Assembly: GCA_010093705.1 (NCBI GenBank)
Contig: MU006089.1
Span: 3,628-67,627, forward strand
From: Patellaria atrata CBS 101060
Lineage: Eukaryota
Direction of reading: 5' to 3'
Length of the DNA: 64,000 nucleotides
Below, one piece after another: positions 36,163 to 49,776 of the stretch. The notes under the pieces are model-generated. The model was not told the origin of the DNA and did not search any database. It worked only from the letters and a program-made list of their open reading frames with translations. The number at the start of each line of letters is the position of its first letter. The first letter of the stretch is position 1. The translations under genes and the position numbers were made by a program.

Positions 36163-39100
36163 ATATATTGGCGTAGGTGGGTTTGTGGTGTGATTTGTCG
36201 GTATATGGAAGGCGTACGATGGAGTACGTACCTAAGATATAGAAGTCTGAGGAGCGAGCGGTAATCAGGAGCTGTTTTGCATCGCGAACGACGTTTCTTT
36301 CCGTCAAATTCCTGGACATCTTCAAGGAAGTTTTCAAATATCTTGTTAGGGATTACAGGGTCATGTGAATGGAGGTTATCGGTTGGCTTTTTTCTATGTT
36401 GCGAATTAAACAGCGCAAATATGTTTGGATATCTGAATCAGGCATTTGAGCAGGATTTTTCCCCTTAGAGGCATATGGGACGGTCGCTTTTTTTCACCTT
36501 CTGGTGAGATGTACTTCCCTTTGGACCTATCTCCATTTCCTTTTCTCTTTCGTCTTTACTTTTTCGTCTATGCGGACGCGCGATATATCCTCTCGCTTGT
36601 TTTTTTTCTTTCCGTCTCTTTTCAGGGGTCAAAGGGTATATTTAAAATGGATGAATACACTACGGGATATTTGGCTAAGGGCGTGATAGTTTGTGGGAGG
36701 GGAGATAGATATATATTCCCTATGCAATTACCTAAGTCTTGTCCCCTGAAGTGGGGCCGCTGGATAAGGTGGTCTCTAATTCCCTCTTCGATTCGTTTTC
36801 GTAGACTATAACGGCCTGTCCTTGTGGGAGATAGATTTGTGATGGAAGTCGGAAGTCCCCTAACCTTCGGGATCTTGCTTAAGCTCTCGCTATCTTTAGT
36901 TTTTGCACCGTAAGACGTTTTTGGGCCATGGGGTTCTTCTTAGAAGATACGTGGAAGAGGGGAGAGGGCCAGAAAGCGGTTAGGGGCTGTGTTGGAGTTG
37001 TGGGGTCGAAGGGAAGAAGAATATTTCGGTCAATTGTGAAGAGGGAAATCTCCCAGATGAAAAACGGAAAACCACAAGTCAACATCAAGAAGACAAGATC
37101 GAAACGATACTGAAGAGAAGAGCGAACGTGGTTGAACGAAATTCACCGCTGTCCGAAGAGGGATCAGCTGTTAGAACGGTTCGGCTGGGATCGATTTGAC
37201 CAACACCTTGGCTTCCTGTTCCCACGGTGATTACTGGAGGAATATCTATGCGAGATATATTCTCTTCCTCCTTCATCTGGCTGTTGTGTCTATTGAGGTC
37301 AGGAGAGCAGTTCCGCAGATGTGAGGTGAGTACATGGGAAGAGGGAAAAGGGATATGTTGCCTTCCTCTAGCACCTCCATAGTCTGGACGGCCCTTATTG
37401 ACGTGGCGTTTGGGTGTGGAGATTCCCGACTCTACGAACTTTGTCACTGTCCTCCCTGCACTTCTGCACTCATATCGGAAGAATAGGTGTACGCGCTCCA
37501 ACTCACCTCCACCTCACGTCCCATATCCAGCTTTTGCACCGGCTTTTATTCTAAGCTCGTACGTCAACTCCTTCCTTGGCAACCTATTCTTGGGGAAGGA
37601 TGTATCCAACGTATGAATCAAAAGGGTCCTGGTAGCAGATAAATGGAGCATGGTATGTATTCCGTAGTCGGCGGGAGAGCGATAAGGGACAGAGTAAGAT
37701 AGGTATAGAAGGGGATGAGGCAAGTGTAGAGCTCGTCGTGAGTGAGGGATGAGTTAGTGCGAAAGTATAGGGAACGGTAGATTTAGGTTAGTTCGGATGG
37801 GACGTGGATTCGCTTCAGACGTACGCGAGAAGAGGAAAGGTAGATATTGAAGTGGAGTTCATTGTGATTCTAGGATAGCGAGGCTTATCTTAAAAATATC
37901 TCGATAGTTTGCTTACCAGACAGAGAGAACTTTTACGAAAATATATGTGCTGTACAAAAGCGAACGTTGAATCGGAATTTACGACTCGCTGTCTACCCGG
38001 TGCCGGATTGTCTCAACAGGTCCTAAACTACACCGCTCAGATTTTTGTAACAAGGTTTTCTTGATAGTATGATAGAAGGAATGTCGAACATTGTCGGACT
38101 CTTTAATCTCTTACGCTACCCTCGTTGGCTATCTTCCCCGAACCAACACACCCGATCCACCCTGCACGCTTTTACCACCACCTTAAAAGGTAAACCCCAC
38201 ACGCAGCAGGAATGTATCAAGTGAATTCGGAAAGCCAACAACCAAAGCTCAGTCAAGCGAGAAGCACCCATTTCCACCTTTCATCCACCTATCGAAAGCA
38301 AAAGACAAAGCTTGAGAGATGCGTGAAGGAGATAGTTTCACTTTTACAGACTGCTGCTCGCTTCAGTTGTGTTATTTTAAGTTTTTCTTGGAAGCTTATG
38401 ACGCTTCTCGGCATGGAGCTTGTGTCGTGGTCGGATGGTGTACTGGTATGACTTGGATCGCAGTGGTATACTCGGCGTTTAATAATCTTCATGTTTGGAC
38501 TCGACCCGTAAAGGGCTGGAAATTGTTACTGCGTGACCCATATCCCGTAAGAATTGTGGAGGGCTTGGGTGGATGTGAAGTCATACTTCCTCGCATGTGT
38601 AAAATGTAGATGGGAGTATCTCCGCTTCTATAAGATATGTGGAAGGGTGCATAGAACTGCTGTATCTGTCACCTCTTAGTTCAATTCACTATTTGTTTCG
38701 GTCATTGTGGTTCGGGGTAAGACTCAGATTTCAAAACTCTAACACTACTAAAATCTATGGCCTGCGTTATGCCCGCTGATACTGCAAGAGGTCAAAATGA
38801 AGTCGAAGTTCTGCATAGCGGTGTTCTTTTTGACGAGTATTGTCGAGTAAACTTGACTGACCTTGTATCGAATTTGAACAGCCAAACCTACAGTCTTATT
38901 CTCATATCGTCTGCGCATAATGTGTTCCTTTGGTCTGTCACATCTCATAATTGAGATGCTATAAAGCCGTAGACCTCCAACTGTGTAATGAACCACATAG
39001 GAAACGTTGTTTCGAGGACGTTGGGTATGATCATAGTGATCTGGCACGGACTGAATGATATCCAGCGCTTGTGGATATATGAAGATCGAGGAGATATCGG

Positions 39101-39660
39101 GTATGTTGAGAGGGAGTAAGAAAACCTCTTTCCAAGTCATGGCGTCCATGGTCCTGTGTAAGCGTACCTTGAGAGTCCGACCGCATCGTACAAACTGCGG
39201 AAGTTCTGTAATTGACGAGAGCCTTTTGGCGAAGGGTACTCCATATACGTACAGATACCCTATTGCGATCATGTAGTGCTGGACATGGCTGAAGAAGAGC
39301 TAGGCATACGGATGTGAAGAACGCAAATATATTCAGACGTTCGATTCACGAGAATATCGAGATTATGGTTGACCATATGCGATAGAAGGTACAATAAATT
39401 ATAGGACTGGACCTGAGGTGCGGCTATGCGATGGTTCAATTTGGACTGCATAACAATAAAGAGTATTTAAGGTCTCCCTGGAGAGGAACGAAGGGAAAGC
39501 TGAACAAGACAGTACGACAGAAAGGTGGCAGCAAATAGAGAGTGTAGATGATGGGGAGCCGGTTCTTCGAACGCAGTACAAGTCCAGACGCAAAAAGGGT
39601 ACACCTCAGTTGCAATACGATAGGAGAACCTAGGAGATACCTGGAGACGACGATAGTATC

Positions 39661-40608
39661 ATGAGAGTACAATCATGTAACGAACTATCTTCTCGTTTGT
39701 CACAGTTCGCTTTCTTTCCTCGCTGTACACTTGCTGTACACACAATGGCGTACAGGAGGATCCATCCAACCCAAACGTTCGCGACTTTGTACAGCTCGGA
39801 GCGAAAGCAATTTTCTCGTAAACCTACAGTGAGCCAGGAATGGAGTGATGAGGAAAGTCGCTTGGCTTCTAACCGATGTCAAGGAATAATCTGGATGATT
39901 GGAAAACCGTGATTGTATACGAGGGGCGAAATGCATTGCAGAATCGCCTCCTTGTCGTCGAGAAGTACACACAAAGAAACAAGTGGAAGCTAGACCTCCC
40001 ACGCACGATGTTAACTTTACATCTCGCAGAGCTAGAATTCACGCCTAATGCACCATGATAGTAGACTTTCACCAGCAGAAGATGGTGTGGTAGGATTGAG
40101 CGGTCAGCTTCCGACTTCCTGGCGCTGACGGATACTCCTCCGAATCGAAAGACGGAGCTATGAGAGTTCTTTCCGGATTGAAAACTGTCGAGGCAAACAT
40201 GCAGCCGTGCAACCAACACATTCGAGATGTACTTTGTTGGGATAGCCCATGATTGCTTTTCGATGCCTGTAAAGTTATATGCAAAATTCGTCCCATTTGA
40301 GGAAGGTGTTTCTGGACGGTAACCGAACAGTAAACGAATGGAAGATAGCTACAACCTACTGCTGCGCTCATTCAGCCCGCATGCATACTGATTACTGCAG
40401 GATCTGACTCTCAAAAAGGAATGCACACCTATTCCCGATGAGGACCCCAATCTGGATCATCATCGTCAATAACGGCATCTATACCTCCGTTTCTGAACGC
40501 ACTGATGCATACCATGGAAAGAAAGGGTATGTTATGACCGAAATGCCTCAAGTAGAATTGGTTGAGCGAACAATAAAGCGACTTCCAATGAAAACGGTAG
40601 ATGCTTGA
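39661..40608 (+). pseudogene. Probable decayed multi-exon gene of unknown function
   Basis: A protein-like frame is broken by single stops at 40091, 40097, 40250 and 40298. Intron-like signals: GTGAGC...CTAAC near 39829-39882 and CTGAT..CAG at 40388-40400. Confidence 0.4.
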
Positions 40609-43600
40609 TGTAGGTAGATGTACATGTCAAGGGTGATTTACAAATACCTGGAAAAGGATGGGGACACTGAGGAAAGAGAACGAAAATGATTGATCGGACG
40701 GTTTAGGATCCCCTGAGACTAGAGAATTGAAAGAGACCGGTATGGAACGCTTCGTTCCGGAACGAGGCGTCGAATGGGGAAGCATCATAGCTGAGTTTTG
40801 ATCATTGCCTATGGCGATCTTACCTCTCTTTAGGACTGGGCAGACGGTGAACGATCCGATCTGAATCCACATAACCATAAAAGTCGATTCAGCGCAAGTT
40901 GAAGTTAACCGTTTTCCGTTTCTGCTTTCCGAAGTTGGAAGCACGTCGGACAGGATCTTCACAATAATAAGAATATGACAAGAATTTAGAAAAAGGATCT
41001 TCATCGCTTGTCCTAGTTCTGGAGTGATGAATTAGGATGATCCGCAATGATCCATGAGGGCCATCATATTCAGCCGTGTAGGATTAGAAAGATGATGGAC
41101 ACGTAAGCTGTCAATGTCAATTGCTCTAAAAGTAATAATAATCATGGTAAAAAGGAAAAGAGCTGAGATGGCTTTTCAAACGGGAAGTTTGTCGTGGTTT
41201 GTGGAGGTCTGAGAGATGGGAGAGGCGATGGTGATTTTCAAAAAAGCGAGAAGAGGTTGGAAAACGGGCGCTTGGCAAGCCATCCATAGCCATCCAAAAA
41301 CGGGGCATAAGCCTGATTGGGGATAAAGACCGAGCCGGACCTTGCTGCGACTCCTGCGGCTACTTGGTGATCATAAGCTCGTCAATCTCATAACAAACTC
41401 AACTTTATCTACCTAATAACAAGTTCTAACTTCATTTGATCAATCCCACAAGACGCTTCGTTTTGTCGATCACGCCGTCTTTGAACCCTTTCTCTAATCC
41501 ATTTTCAATCAACGTCGTCGCTCTCACCTGACGTAGATTGTACGCTGATTATGAAACAACCTTCCTCACCTCCCTTGAGATCTACAGATTCTCAAGACGT
41601 CATAGAGAGAGATGTTAGTTCTACGTTCCGAAAACCTACAGTAACCAAAACTCTCCAGTCTCCATCCATCCGTGGAATCTCGGGGTGATAGTCATGATAG
41701 AAAGAGTACTGTACGTCATTTTCGATGAGGTTGTATATTTCGACCACATTCTCCAAGTCTCCGCTGAATCCAGGCCCTTTTCATAACGGTTGATGTGCCA
41801 TCTATGGATGATGGGAAAAACTGCATATGTTTGTCTTTCCCTGCTACCTGAAACGGTATCAGTAATAGACTAGGTAGAACTAGAAATCCACAAATTCGTG
41901 GATAAAAACAAAGGCCGTGTTGAGTTTGTGCTACTACCTACCTTCAAAGGAAGCTGCTTGCTTCTTTGGATTGCCGCTTGGCCGCAAAATTACATCAATA
42001 ACTTGAAAGAAGCCAGATGCAAATCCACGTCTCGTCAGTAATTCAAAACCCCTGGAGGATCACACTATGAATATGCGGAATGAACTATTCTTCGTCAAGC
42101 AATAATAAGCAGTCAAGCATCAAGCTACTATGTTGAACAAATTTCCGTAGTGATTCCCAGCTGGTAGAATAGAGCCCTTGTCTCCCATCCTTTCCGTCGG
42201 GTTCAGTTACACGGAGCGCTGAAAAGCTTGCAAGATATGTTGAGCAAGGGTGTGCAAGGTACATCCATGTGATATATATATTGATTCATTATATGGTTCG
42301 ACAGACGACAAGTCGACAACTGGGATTTTCGGTAGCTGATCATTATTATTGTTAGAGTCTGGATAAAGTGAACATACAGTAGCATTGTATTAACTTAACA
42401 AAACTACTGTAGCTAAGACGTTGCGCTATGCTTTCTACAACACTATATCGTCTGACTTTCGTTTATTTCAGTGAATCAGTGACCAGTAGTGACCAGAAAG
42501 TTGTCACCTTAGGCTCAAAGACATCTGTCCGTCACTTTAGAGTTAAACGAATTTAGCTTTAGCTTATCTTGGCTTCTGCTATAAACGGAATGGTACGTGA
42601 CAAGCAGCAAAGATCGGTCATATATCATTGGATTATAAGAGGACGGCTAGGAAGATCGCTCACTTAACTTGCAGTAATATTGGTGTAAGAAGCGAAATTC
42701 ATTTCGATGGTGCAAAAGCCATCGAATGAGTTACGAAATAGGTGGAAAGCGCCAACGACTCGCGCCAATCTATGGTTGGCAAATCAAAGAGCCCGCGTGA
42801 CAAGTTACAATTCCTACTGACGCCGGAATATGTACATTTACCACAATCACCGCGTTAAGACGGACTTAAAAGGTGAGAATTCTGGGAACTTCCGGTGCTA
42901 TGATTCAACAGCCTCCTGTACAGGATTATTGTAATAATAATGTGAGTGCGGCGCAGTATTTTTCTGTAGAGCCTCTTTGCGGCCAAGTGTGATACTTGTT
43001 AGCCCTGCGCCCGAAATGCCCTCCACACATCGGATTAAAATCTCTTTTGCTGTGAACGGAGGGCGTGCAAAGGGGTCCAAGCGTCCGGAAACTCCACCTC
43101 CTTAAGACTTTGTTGTGATGGATACGGAGTACACCAGCGGAAAAGAGCCTGAACATAGCACCGACGCACGACATGAGCCATGCTTCCTATAGAACGCTTC
43201 ACCGTTATGGCCACGCTCGTGGGATAGACGTAAAATGAGGTACCACATGTGCTCCCATCCTACGCGTCTGACTAGCAAAGTCCGAGGCCAATTGTTTTGT
43301 TGGGAACGCACAAAACAAAGACCAAGAAATCTGACGGTGGATAAAGCGCTCCAAAAGACTCCAATTTCCGGCCTCGACGTAATACAGATCTAGGAACCAT
43401 GACGATGCGGAAAACATGGCGGGAACATGATACCGTCCCGTCAAAGTAGAGTTTCCAGCTCCCTGGTTCTCGTCTGGGAAAAGTAATAATAATACGCTTG
43501 TCCCCGTTGTGTGCATCTAAGATCCGACCGGCAAGGGAAGGCAAGGAAAAGATCCTGACATTCTGTTTAAGTTTGAAAGCAATACAGGCTGCTAATATAT

Positions 43601-46600
43601 TATTGAAAGTTATATTGGGCCCTGTTGCGTGTCAAGGATGCTTACCATTCCTTACAACCCTGAATCATGGTGTTAATGACCAGTGAAAGTCTGAACTGCC
43701 GACGGCCAAAAGTGCTGAGCTCACCTCATGCATAAGCAATCCATGTGAAACCACATGAGGAAACACGACAATGAAAGGGTGATGTGAGTGGGGTAATCCA
43801 AACCGCGGCTTAATATGGGACTAACCGCTCAGGAGGGATAGGTTCACCAGGTTTACACCAAGGATCGACCGTGGCGGCCGTTGGTGAAGCTGAAAGCGCT
43901 TTTAACTAGACGAAAGGGTGCTCGAATTGCTTACTGAGCGGGGACTTTTTCTTACCCGGTCGAGCTGGATCTCTCCTCAAGTTGGTCTGGTGCAGCAGTA
44001 CCTTCACCGTTTTGGGATTGCAGAGGGTGCGAGCTCGTCTCGTTATCGAGTTTCTGCAGAATTGCACCGGGCGCACGACCGTCATGATAGAGCGCAAGTA
44101 GTAGTTCTGGTTAACGGAACTTGACGCTGGAAGAAAGTTGGCAGACCGGTGCACGCCGGTAAAAGGTCTGACTCGATCATTGCGCAAGACGACGGGACTT
44201 TTCGTTAAGAGTTCAAGAGAGCGTAAGGGCGGCAAACAAGGGAGAGCGAGCCGTCCCTTGCTAGATCAAACGGCTTGCCGAATAGCTGGAACGAGGCCTT
44301 TCTCGTATTAGGAATTTCAAACGAGTGTGCAGCTTGGCATAGAATCCCTCGTCCTCATCAAGGGGCTTGCTTTGTGCTGCCACTTGCCCATGTTGGCGGG
44401 AAACTGAAGCGCTTGAGAATATCCCCAGATATCAGCCACAGCTACACACAGCTACACACAGCGCCGTCACTTGTCAAGGTCCACGCCTCGGGATCGCCGT
44501 ATCAGTAAGTCTAATTCTTTTTGTCTTGAAATCTCGAACTGCATCACCACACCATAAACCTCCTTTACACTCACAGTACCTAGTATGTGCCTCACTGCCT
44601 CGGGCCTCCTGCACACATCTCACCATGCCATGTGTCTCTCCAGGATCTTTTGTATTTTGCCTGTTCTCTGTAAGCGATGGTGATATGTCAAGCACTTTTT
44701 ACTTTACTTCAAACCCTACCCATCACATCTTTCACCCCACGAAATGCTAAAAATACGCATAGGCAATATATGCCCTTAATGTCTTTCCGTCTATTAACAT
44801 CCACATACAGCAGCTGTGAGACGACCGTTCCGACTATGCATCCCCGATAACAACTGCTGGGTCTGGGAAGCGTCTAAGGGTTAGACCGGCGGTTCCCCTC
44901 ATTCGAGGATCTCCGTCACGCAGATCAGAGATAAGTTGAAGATTTTGTGGGAAGTAGTGGACAAGGAACTAGGTACTTGACTTCTTTGCACAAGTAGTCG
45001 TAACATACAATAGATAATTAGTACCGTAGTACCGTACTTGTAGGAGGTACAGCACACCTTTGTGCGGACTCGTTAAACTTTCCTTCTTTGGTCATCCCAG
45101 TCCTTTCGTTTCACAAGTGCGTAACATCCAAAAGTCAGCAACCACCTCACGAATCCGCTCCACGCGCCAGGCCCGATCTGAAATTGCCCAAAACGTCAAC
45201 GGTTGACACTGAATAACAAATGAACGGTCCAGAATGGGGTCCGAGTCACTTCTGTCCATCCCGCTTCTAGTCTTTCTCTATGACGGTTTCGATAAGCTTT
45301 CGTCCTCCACCGACGTTTGCCCGTCTCTTTCTAGTTTCTAGCGGCCGAGGTGATTTGAAATTCCGACGGGTCGATTTTTATTGGATAGGGTGAATGATTA
45401 AGATATCCGATACTTCGGACACGATCATGCTGGTTGATGCAGCCTCAAAACAGCCAAACGCTGAAGAAGTCGTTATTTTTTACTCCGGTCCCGGTAAATC
45501 GGTATTCACTTCCGGAAGCCAGACATTTCATCCAACGGTCATCTCCCTCCCTTGCCCGTTTGTTTTTCTTTTCTTTTGCATTTTTATTACAGCAACAGCG
45601 TTGAGCGAGATCAGAAGTCAAAGCATCCATACGGATATCTTCTTTTACCCTCCCGATCCAGGACTGGTTCCATCTTACTGGCGGGAGCCCATGTTATGGG
45701 AGAGCGAGAGGCGCTGGAAAATGTGGAGTTTTGGTTTCGTTCATGGAATTACCTTGTTATCAAAAGATGTGTCAGGATACGGTAGGACATCAAGGGTTAG
45801 AGAACTGGAGAATTAGAGAATTAGGTAGGGAAATCTCCAGTAGTAGTAGCCCGTCATGAGGTCGATCGAAATCTACGCTCGGTCCTAATAGTGAGCCATG
45901 GCTCTCATGATCGACCGGCCGTTTACCCTCTACCCTTTGAGGCAAAGGATTAGCTTTTGGTGGTGGAGAGAATGGCCGTAACGTCCATATCTGAACACAA
46001 GACAGTAGAACTCTCACCATTGAGCTTCTCGCATAGCTTTAAGCAACTATTCAGGAATTTTGCCAGACTGTATCTTCTTTGTTCACGAGAAACTTGGAAC
46101 CCTTTTTCAAGGGGAAAATACCGCGTCAGGCCATCATTTCAAACGTCAGTGAGCTAACCGTAAGTCGCTGATCCCTCGCCTCCCCATGTCGCAAAAGTGC
46201 GATCAAGTTATAGCAACTTTCATCCGCCCGTCTTTATAGCAGATCGATGCTTACAGTATAACATTCTCGGAACTTTTCAACACCGATATCATCAATGGTG
46301 AGTGAATTTTGACAACGAGAATAAGAAATGAAGACAAAAGAAAGGGTTTTGCGGATGGATGGACTTCGTGTGTGACGGTGTCCCTGGCTCTCGGTCTCCT
46401 GAATCGAGAAAGTTTCTACTCTCTTGGATTCCAATGCCAGGGTTCATTGATGAGCTACGTATGCAGGTAATATATTCAACGAGTCTGTACGAGTACATCT
46501 AGAGTACTGTGCAGTAGTAACAGTACCTCCCGTACAGCACATGTCCCAGCTGAGGAGGTGCGGACGCCTGATGGTACCCATGATATCTCTAAAGGTATGG

Positions 46601-48438
46601 GTGGGTGCATTACCGGCGCTTTTCACGACTGATATTGGTCAAGAAAATCTTTGAGCATGCAACGGCTCCATATTACCAGTTCCTTTGTATCTCCTGAGCG
46701 TTAAAATGGTCGTTCTGGGTCCCAGGTTCCTGTTATTTGGCGTCCCTTTTGGCTGGCTGAAGGTAAAGGTCTTCGAGTGGGATGAATGATTACTTCACGA
46801 TCCTGGCGTGTGTGTAGATGGATCAAGCAGTTAAACACAGGGTCATCTAGGCTCCGGACTGGGAACGGCTTCCAGGACCATCTTGAGGCGCTTCATCGTT
46901 CTTTATTTCCCTCCACGCCCACATTCGGTACGTTCTTAACATATGCCGCAATGCATGGAATCGTTGTTCCTTCGTCGCTAGTCACCGCCGCGGTTCGCTA
47001 CCTGACGTCTTCGATAGGACGCAAGGTACAAGGGCAGTTCCTGGCCGGTGGGATGAAAATGTGAGACCTTGTAAGGGCCCAAAACAACCACGAGGGTTTC
47101 CCCCAAATTCCATCCCCTGGAGTAAAGTGAACTTTGATGATGTCTTATATTTTCGGTGCTTTCCATGCGTAAATAAAAAGCCCGCCGACGGGCAAGATTA
47201 CGGCTTCCTTGTATTACTTGTATTACTTGTATATAGGGATAAGGATGGTGGAATAATCCGTGCTTGCAGGTGGTTGTCAAGGGAGTGGCCAGTAGTGCTC
47301 ATTGCTCAATAATGCTTTAGGTTTTCCGGTAAAACAACTAAAGAATCACGTTAAACTTCTTCTTCTTCCTCATCATCATCATCCCGCTCCGCTCTTCCCC
47401 CTACCCCCCTTACCCTTGTAACACATCCTTCTCCCGGCGATCTGGTCCACGCCTTCTATGCGGTCCACATGCCCAAAGGGGGATACACGACAAATAGATT
47501 GTGTCTTGATGTGTCTTGTTCTTGTAATTCCTACATGGCTTCCATTCTCGTTAAGGCGCCATTGGCTAACATCAAACCCCCTTACCCTCCCCACACACGG
47601 TCTTCCCTAGTCTTCCCTACTCTCTCTAACTCCGTACTCTTGCTCGTCTTTGCAACCTTTTGTTTTGGCGCCTCATCTCATCTTCAGCATGGAAAATTTG
47701 TTCACAGACCAACAGTAAATCACTACTTACTACCGCTGTCCCGCTCTACCGCACAACGCACACGCGCACGCACGCACATCCAAGTCCATCGATCGCCTCC
47801 CCCCTCCCCCTTGGCTCACACCCAAGTCCTGGCGCACATCCTTTCCCGAGGCGTCGTACCTTTTCATAAACGTTGGCCAAACGCCGTTCACGGCGCTGCC
47901 AGCCTCGAACCTACTTTATCTCACCCTAAGCCGGATCGGACTGAAGAATCATTCCCACTACCCGATTCAAAAACACCGGCCTCATCTCCACTTGATTCGA
48001 TAACATCCCATAGCTTGCTGTTAAAAACGTGCTTCCGCCGCTACCTGCCCATCTCCTGCCGGTGCCACTAGCCATAGTTCTGACCAAGATTATATACTCC
48101 ACAAATCCACGGACTGCACGTCTCACCGTTCTCTGACCAAACCAAACAAGAGTCAGACAACAATCAATCCGAAAACCTCCATCTTTCCTCGCTCTCATTC
48201 TTTTCCAAACTGATCAATCCTTTTTGATCTTTGCATATTTTCAAACTCAAGGTAATGAACAACCGCTTTTCTTTCTCCCATTAAGCGTGATTTGTTTCCG
48301 AAGACGTTGGTTGGATCGTATTTTCCCTCCCTCTTTTTATATGTTGCAAAGTCGCTCTTAAGTGGATCCTATCTCCATACAGATGCATGTTTTGATTGTT
48401 GCCGTCTCACTGAAAGACAGCTAATTCCTCACAGAATC

Positions 48439-49776
48439 ATGCCTCATCATCGTCGCGGCCCGTGGTCGCACTCCGAAGACCAGTATCTGCTTCAACTTGT
48501 CCAACAATCTGGTGCAAACAACTGGGTTAGAATCTCCCATATGATTCAGTCTCGGTCTCCAAAACAGTGTAGAGAACGATATCACCAAAATCTCAAACCC
48601 ACTCTTAGTCATGACCCAATCACTCCAGAAGAGGGTGAAAGGATAGAAAGACTAGTAGCAGAAATGGGAAAGAGATGGGCCGAAATTGCACGCCAATTAC
48701 CTGGTCGTAGCGACAATGCTGTCAAGAACTGGTGGAATGGTGGGATGAACCGAAGGAAAGGTATCACTGGATCCGGTAGCCGAAGAAGTGATAACAAGAA
48801 CATCAACTCGTATCCTTATGCAGACTCTTCAAAACAACTCCCGCTACCTGCTTTCACTACCATCGGAACCAACGCATTTCCTGAACAGGTGAATCACCTA
48901 CCATCACAAAGTGGATCAGCTCCATCTTTACGTAGTCATTTCGAGCAACCAGAGCAACCGGTTCAACTACCACCCATCCAATCCTCACACCGCCCAATAG
49001 ATCATTTCGATCGGACTTTAGACCCTACTCTACGTCGAGGACAGCGTACCTCGCCTCTCCATACAGCCTTACCTCCCATCGCGCCAGTATCTTCATATGC
49101 GCAACCGAACCCTTATCCAAGAAATCTAGATATCTACACCACTAACCATCGAGGACGAGCGGTGGATACTCCTCTACCTTCTCCATCATGTTTCTCTACC
49201 GTATCAACTGATGGTGCTCCATCCTTAATGTCCGATCATTCGGATTCGAGATCACCTCAAGTCAATACTCCTCATGGTCATTCTTTACCACCATTTCTTG
49301 GAAACCGTGCTGAGAGGCGGAGATCCAGTGTGCAGTTTTTACCTAGTACCGGATTTGTAACGGACGAAGAGCCACAGCCACTCGCACAAAATAGTAACCT
49401 TAGGAACGAGGAGTTCAAATTATCTCCTATCCGTTCGGATTGGAATGAGAATAGATCTCAAGTGACGGGTCCAGCATTCAAAGAACCCGATTATCAGCGG
49501 CGTCATGCATACTCGCCTTCTGGGGGTCGCAGTCCACCGATCGATCCATCACTTCAACACTCTTCCTTCTCTCTACCACAACTTCTTCCAAGTGTTCATA
49601 CTTTCGAAAAGAGCTCATCACCAATTTCGCATCTTCCATCCTTGATGTATCCTAGATCAGCTGAGCTTACTTCCTCACTCCTCCGGCAGCCAACTCAATA
49701 CCAGTCTCAGAGACCCTCTTCACCGAAAGAGAATCAAGATTCTCGTATGAATGTTAAGGGCATGTTATTAAACTAA
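48439..49776 (+). CDS. flbD: R2R3 Myb transcription factor, FlbD/RCA-1-like; 5'-UTR intron about 48252-48434
   Basis: RRGPWS..ED..L...NWVRIS...RSPKQCRERYHQNLKP...GKRWAEIAR.LPGRSDNAVKNWWNG at the N-terminus, followed by a disordered Ser/Pro-rich tail. Confidence 0.85.
   Translation: MPHHRRGPWSHSEDQYLLQLVQQSGANNWVRISHMIQSRSPKQCRERYHQNLKPTLSHDPITPEEGERIERLVAEMGKRWAEIARQLPGRSDNAVKNWWNGGMNRRKGITGSGSRRSDNKNINSYPYADSSKQLPLPAFTTIGTNAFPEQVNHLPSQSGSAPSLRSHFEQPEQPVQLPPIQSSHRPIDHFDRTLDPTLRRGQRTSPLHTALPPIAPVSSYAQPNPYPRNLDIYTTNHRGRAVDTPLPSPSCFSTVSTDGAPSLMSDHSDSRSPQVNTPHGHSLPPFLGNRAERRRSSVQFLPSTGFVTDEEPQPLAQNSNLRNEEFKLSPIRSDWNENRSQVTGPAFKEPDYQRRHAYSPSGGRSPPIDPSLQHSSFSLPQLLPSVHTFEKSSSPISHLPSLMYPRSAELTSSLLRQPTQYQSQRPSSPKENQDSRMNVKGMLLN

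Noticed and set aside
36900..39600. Minus-strand ORF fragments (37085-37501, 38289-38492, 38748-39272)
   Set aside because: They may be decayed genes, but no consistent frame, splice model or family motif could be established.
47469..48071. 200-aa ORF upstream of the Myb gene
   Set aside because: No protein-like features; it falls in a pyrimidine-rich leader region.
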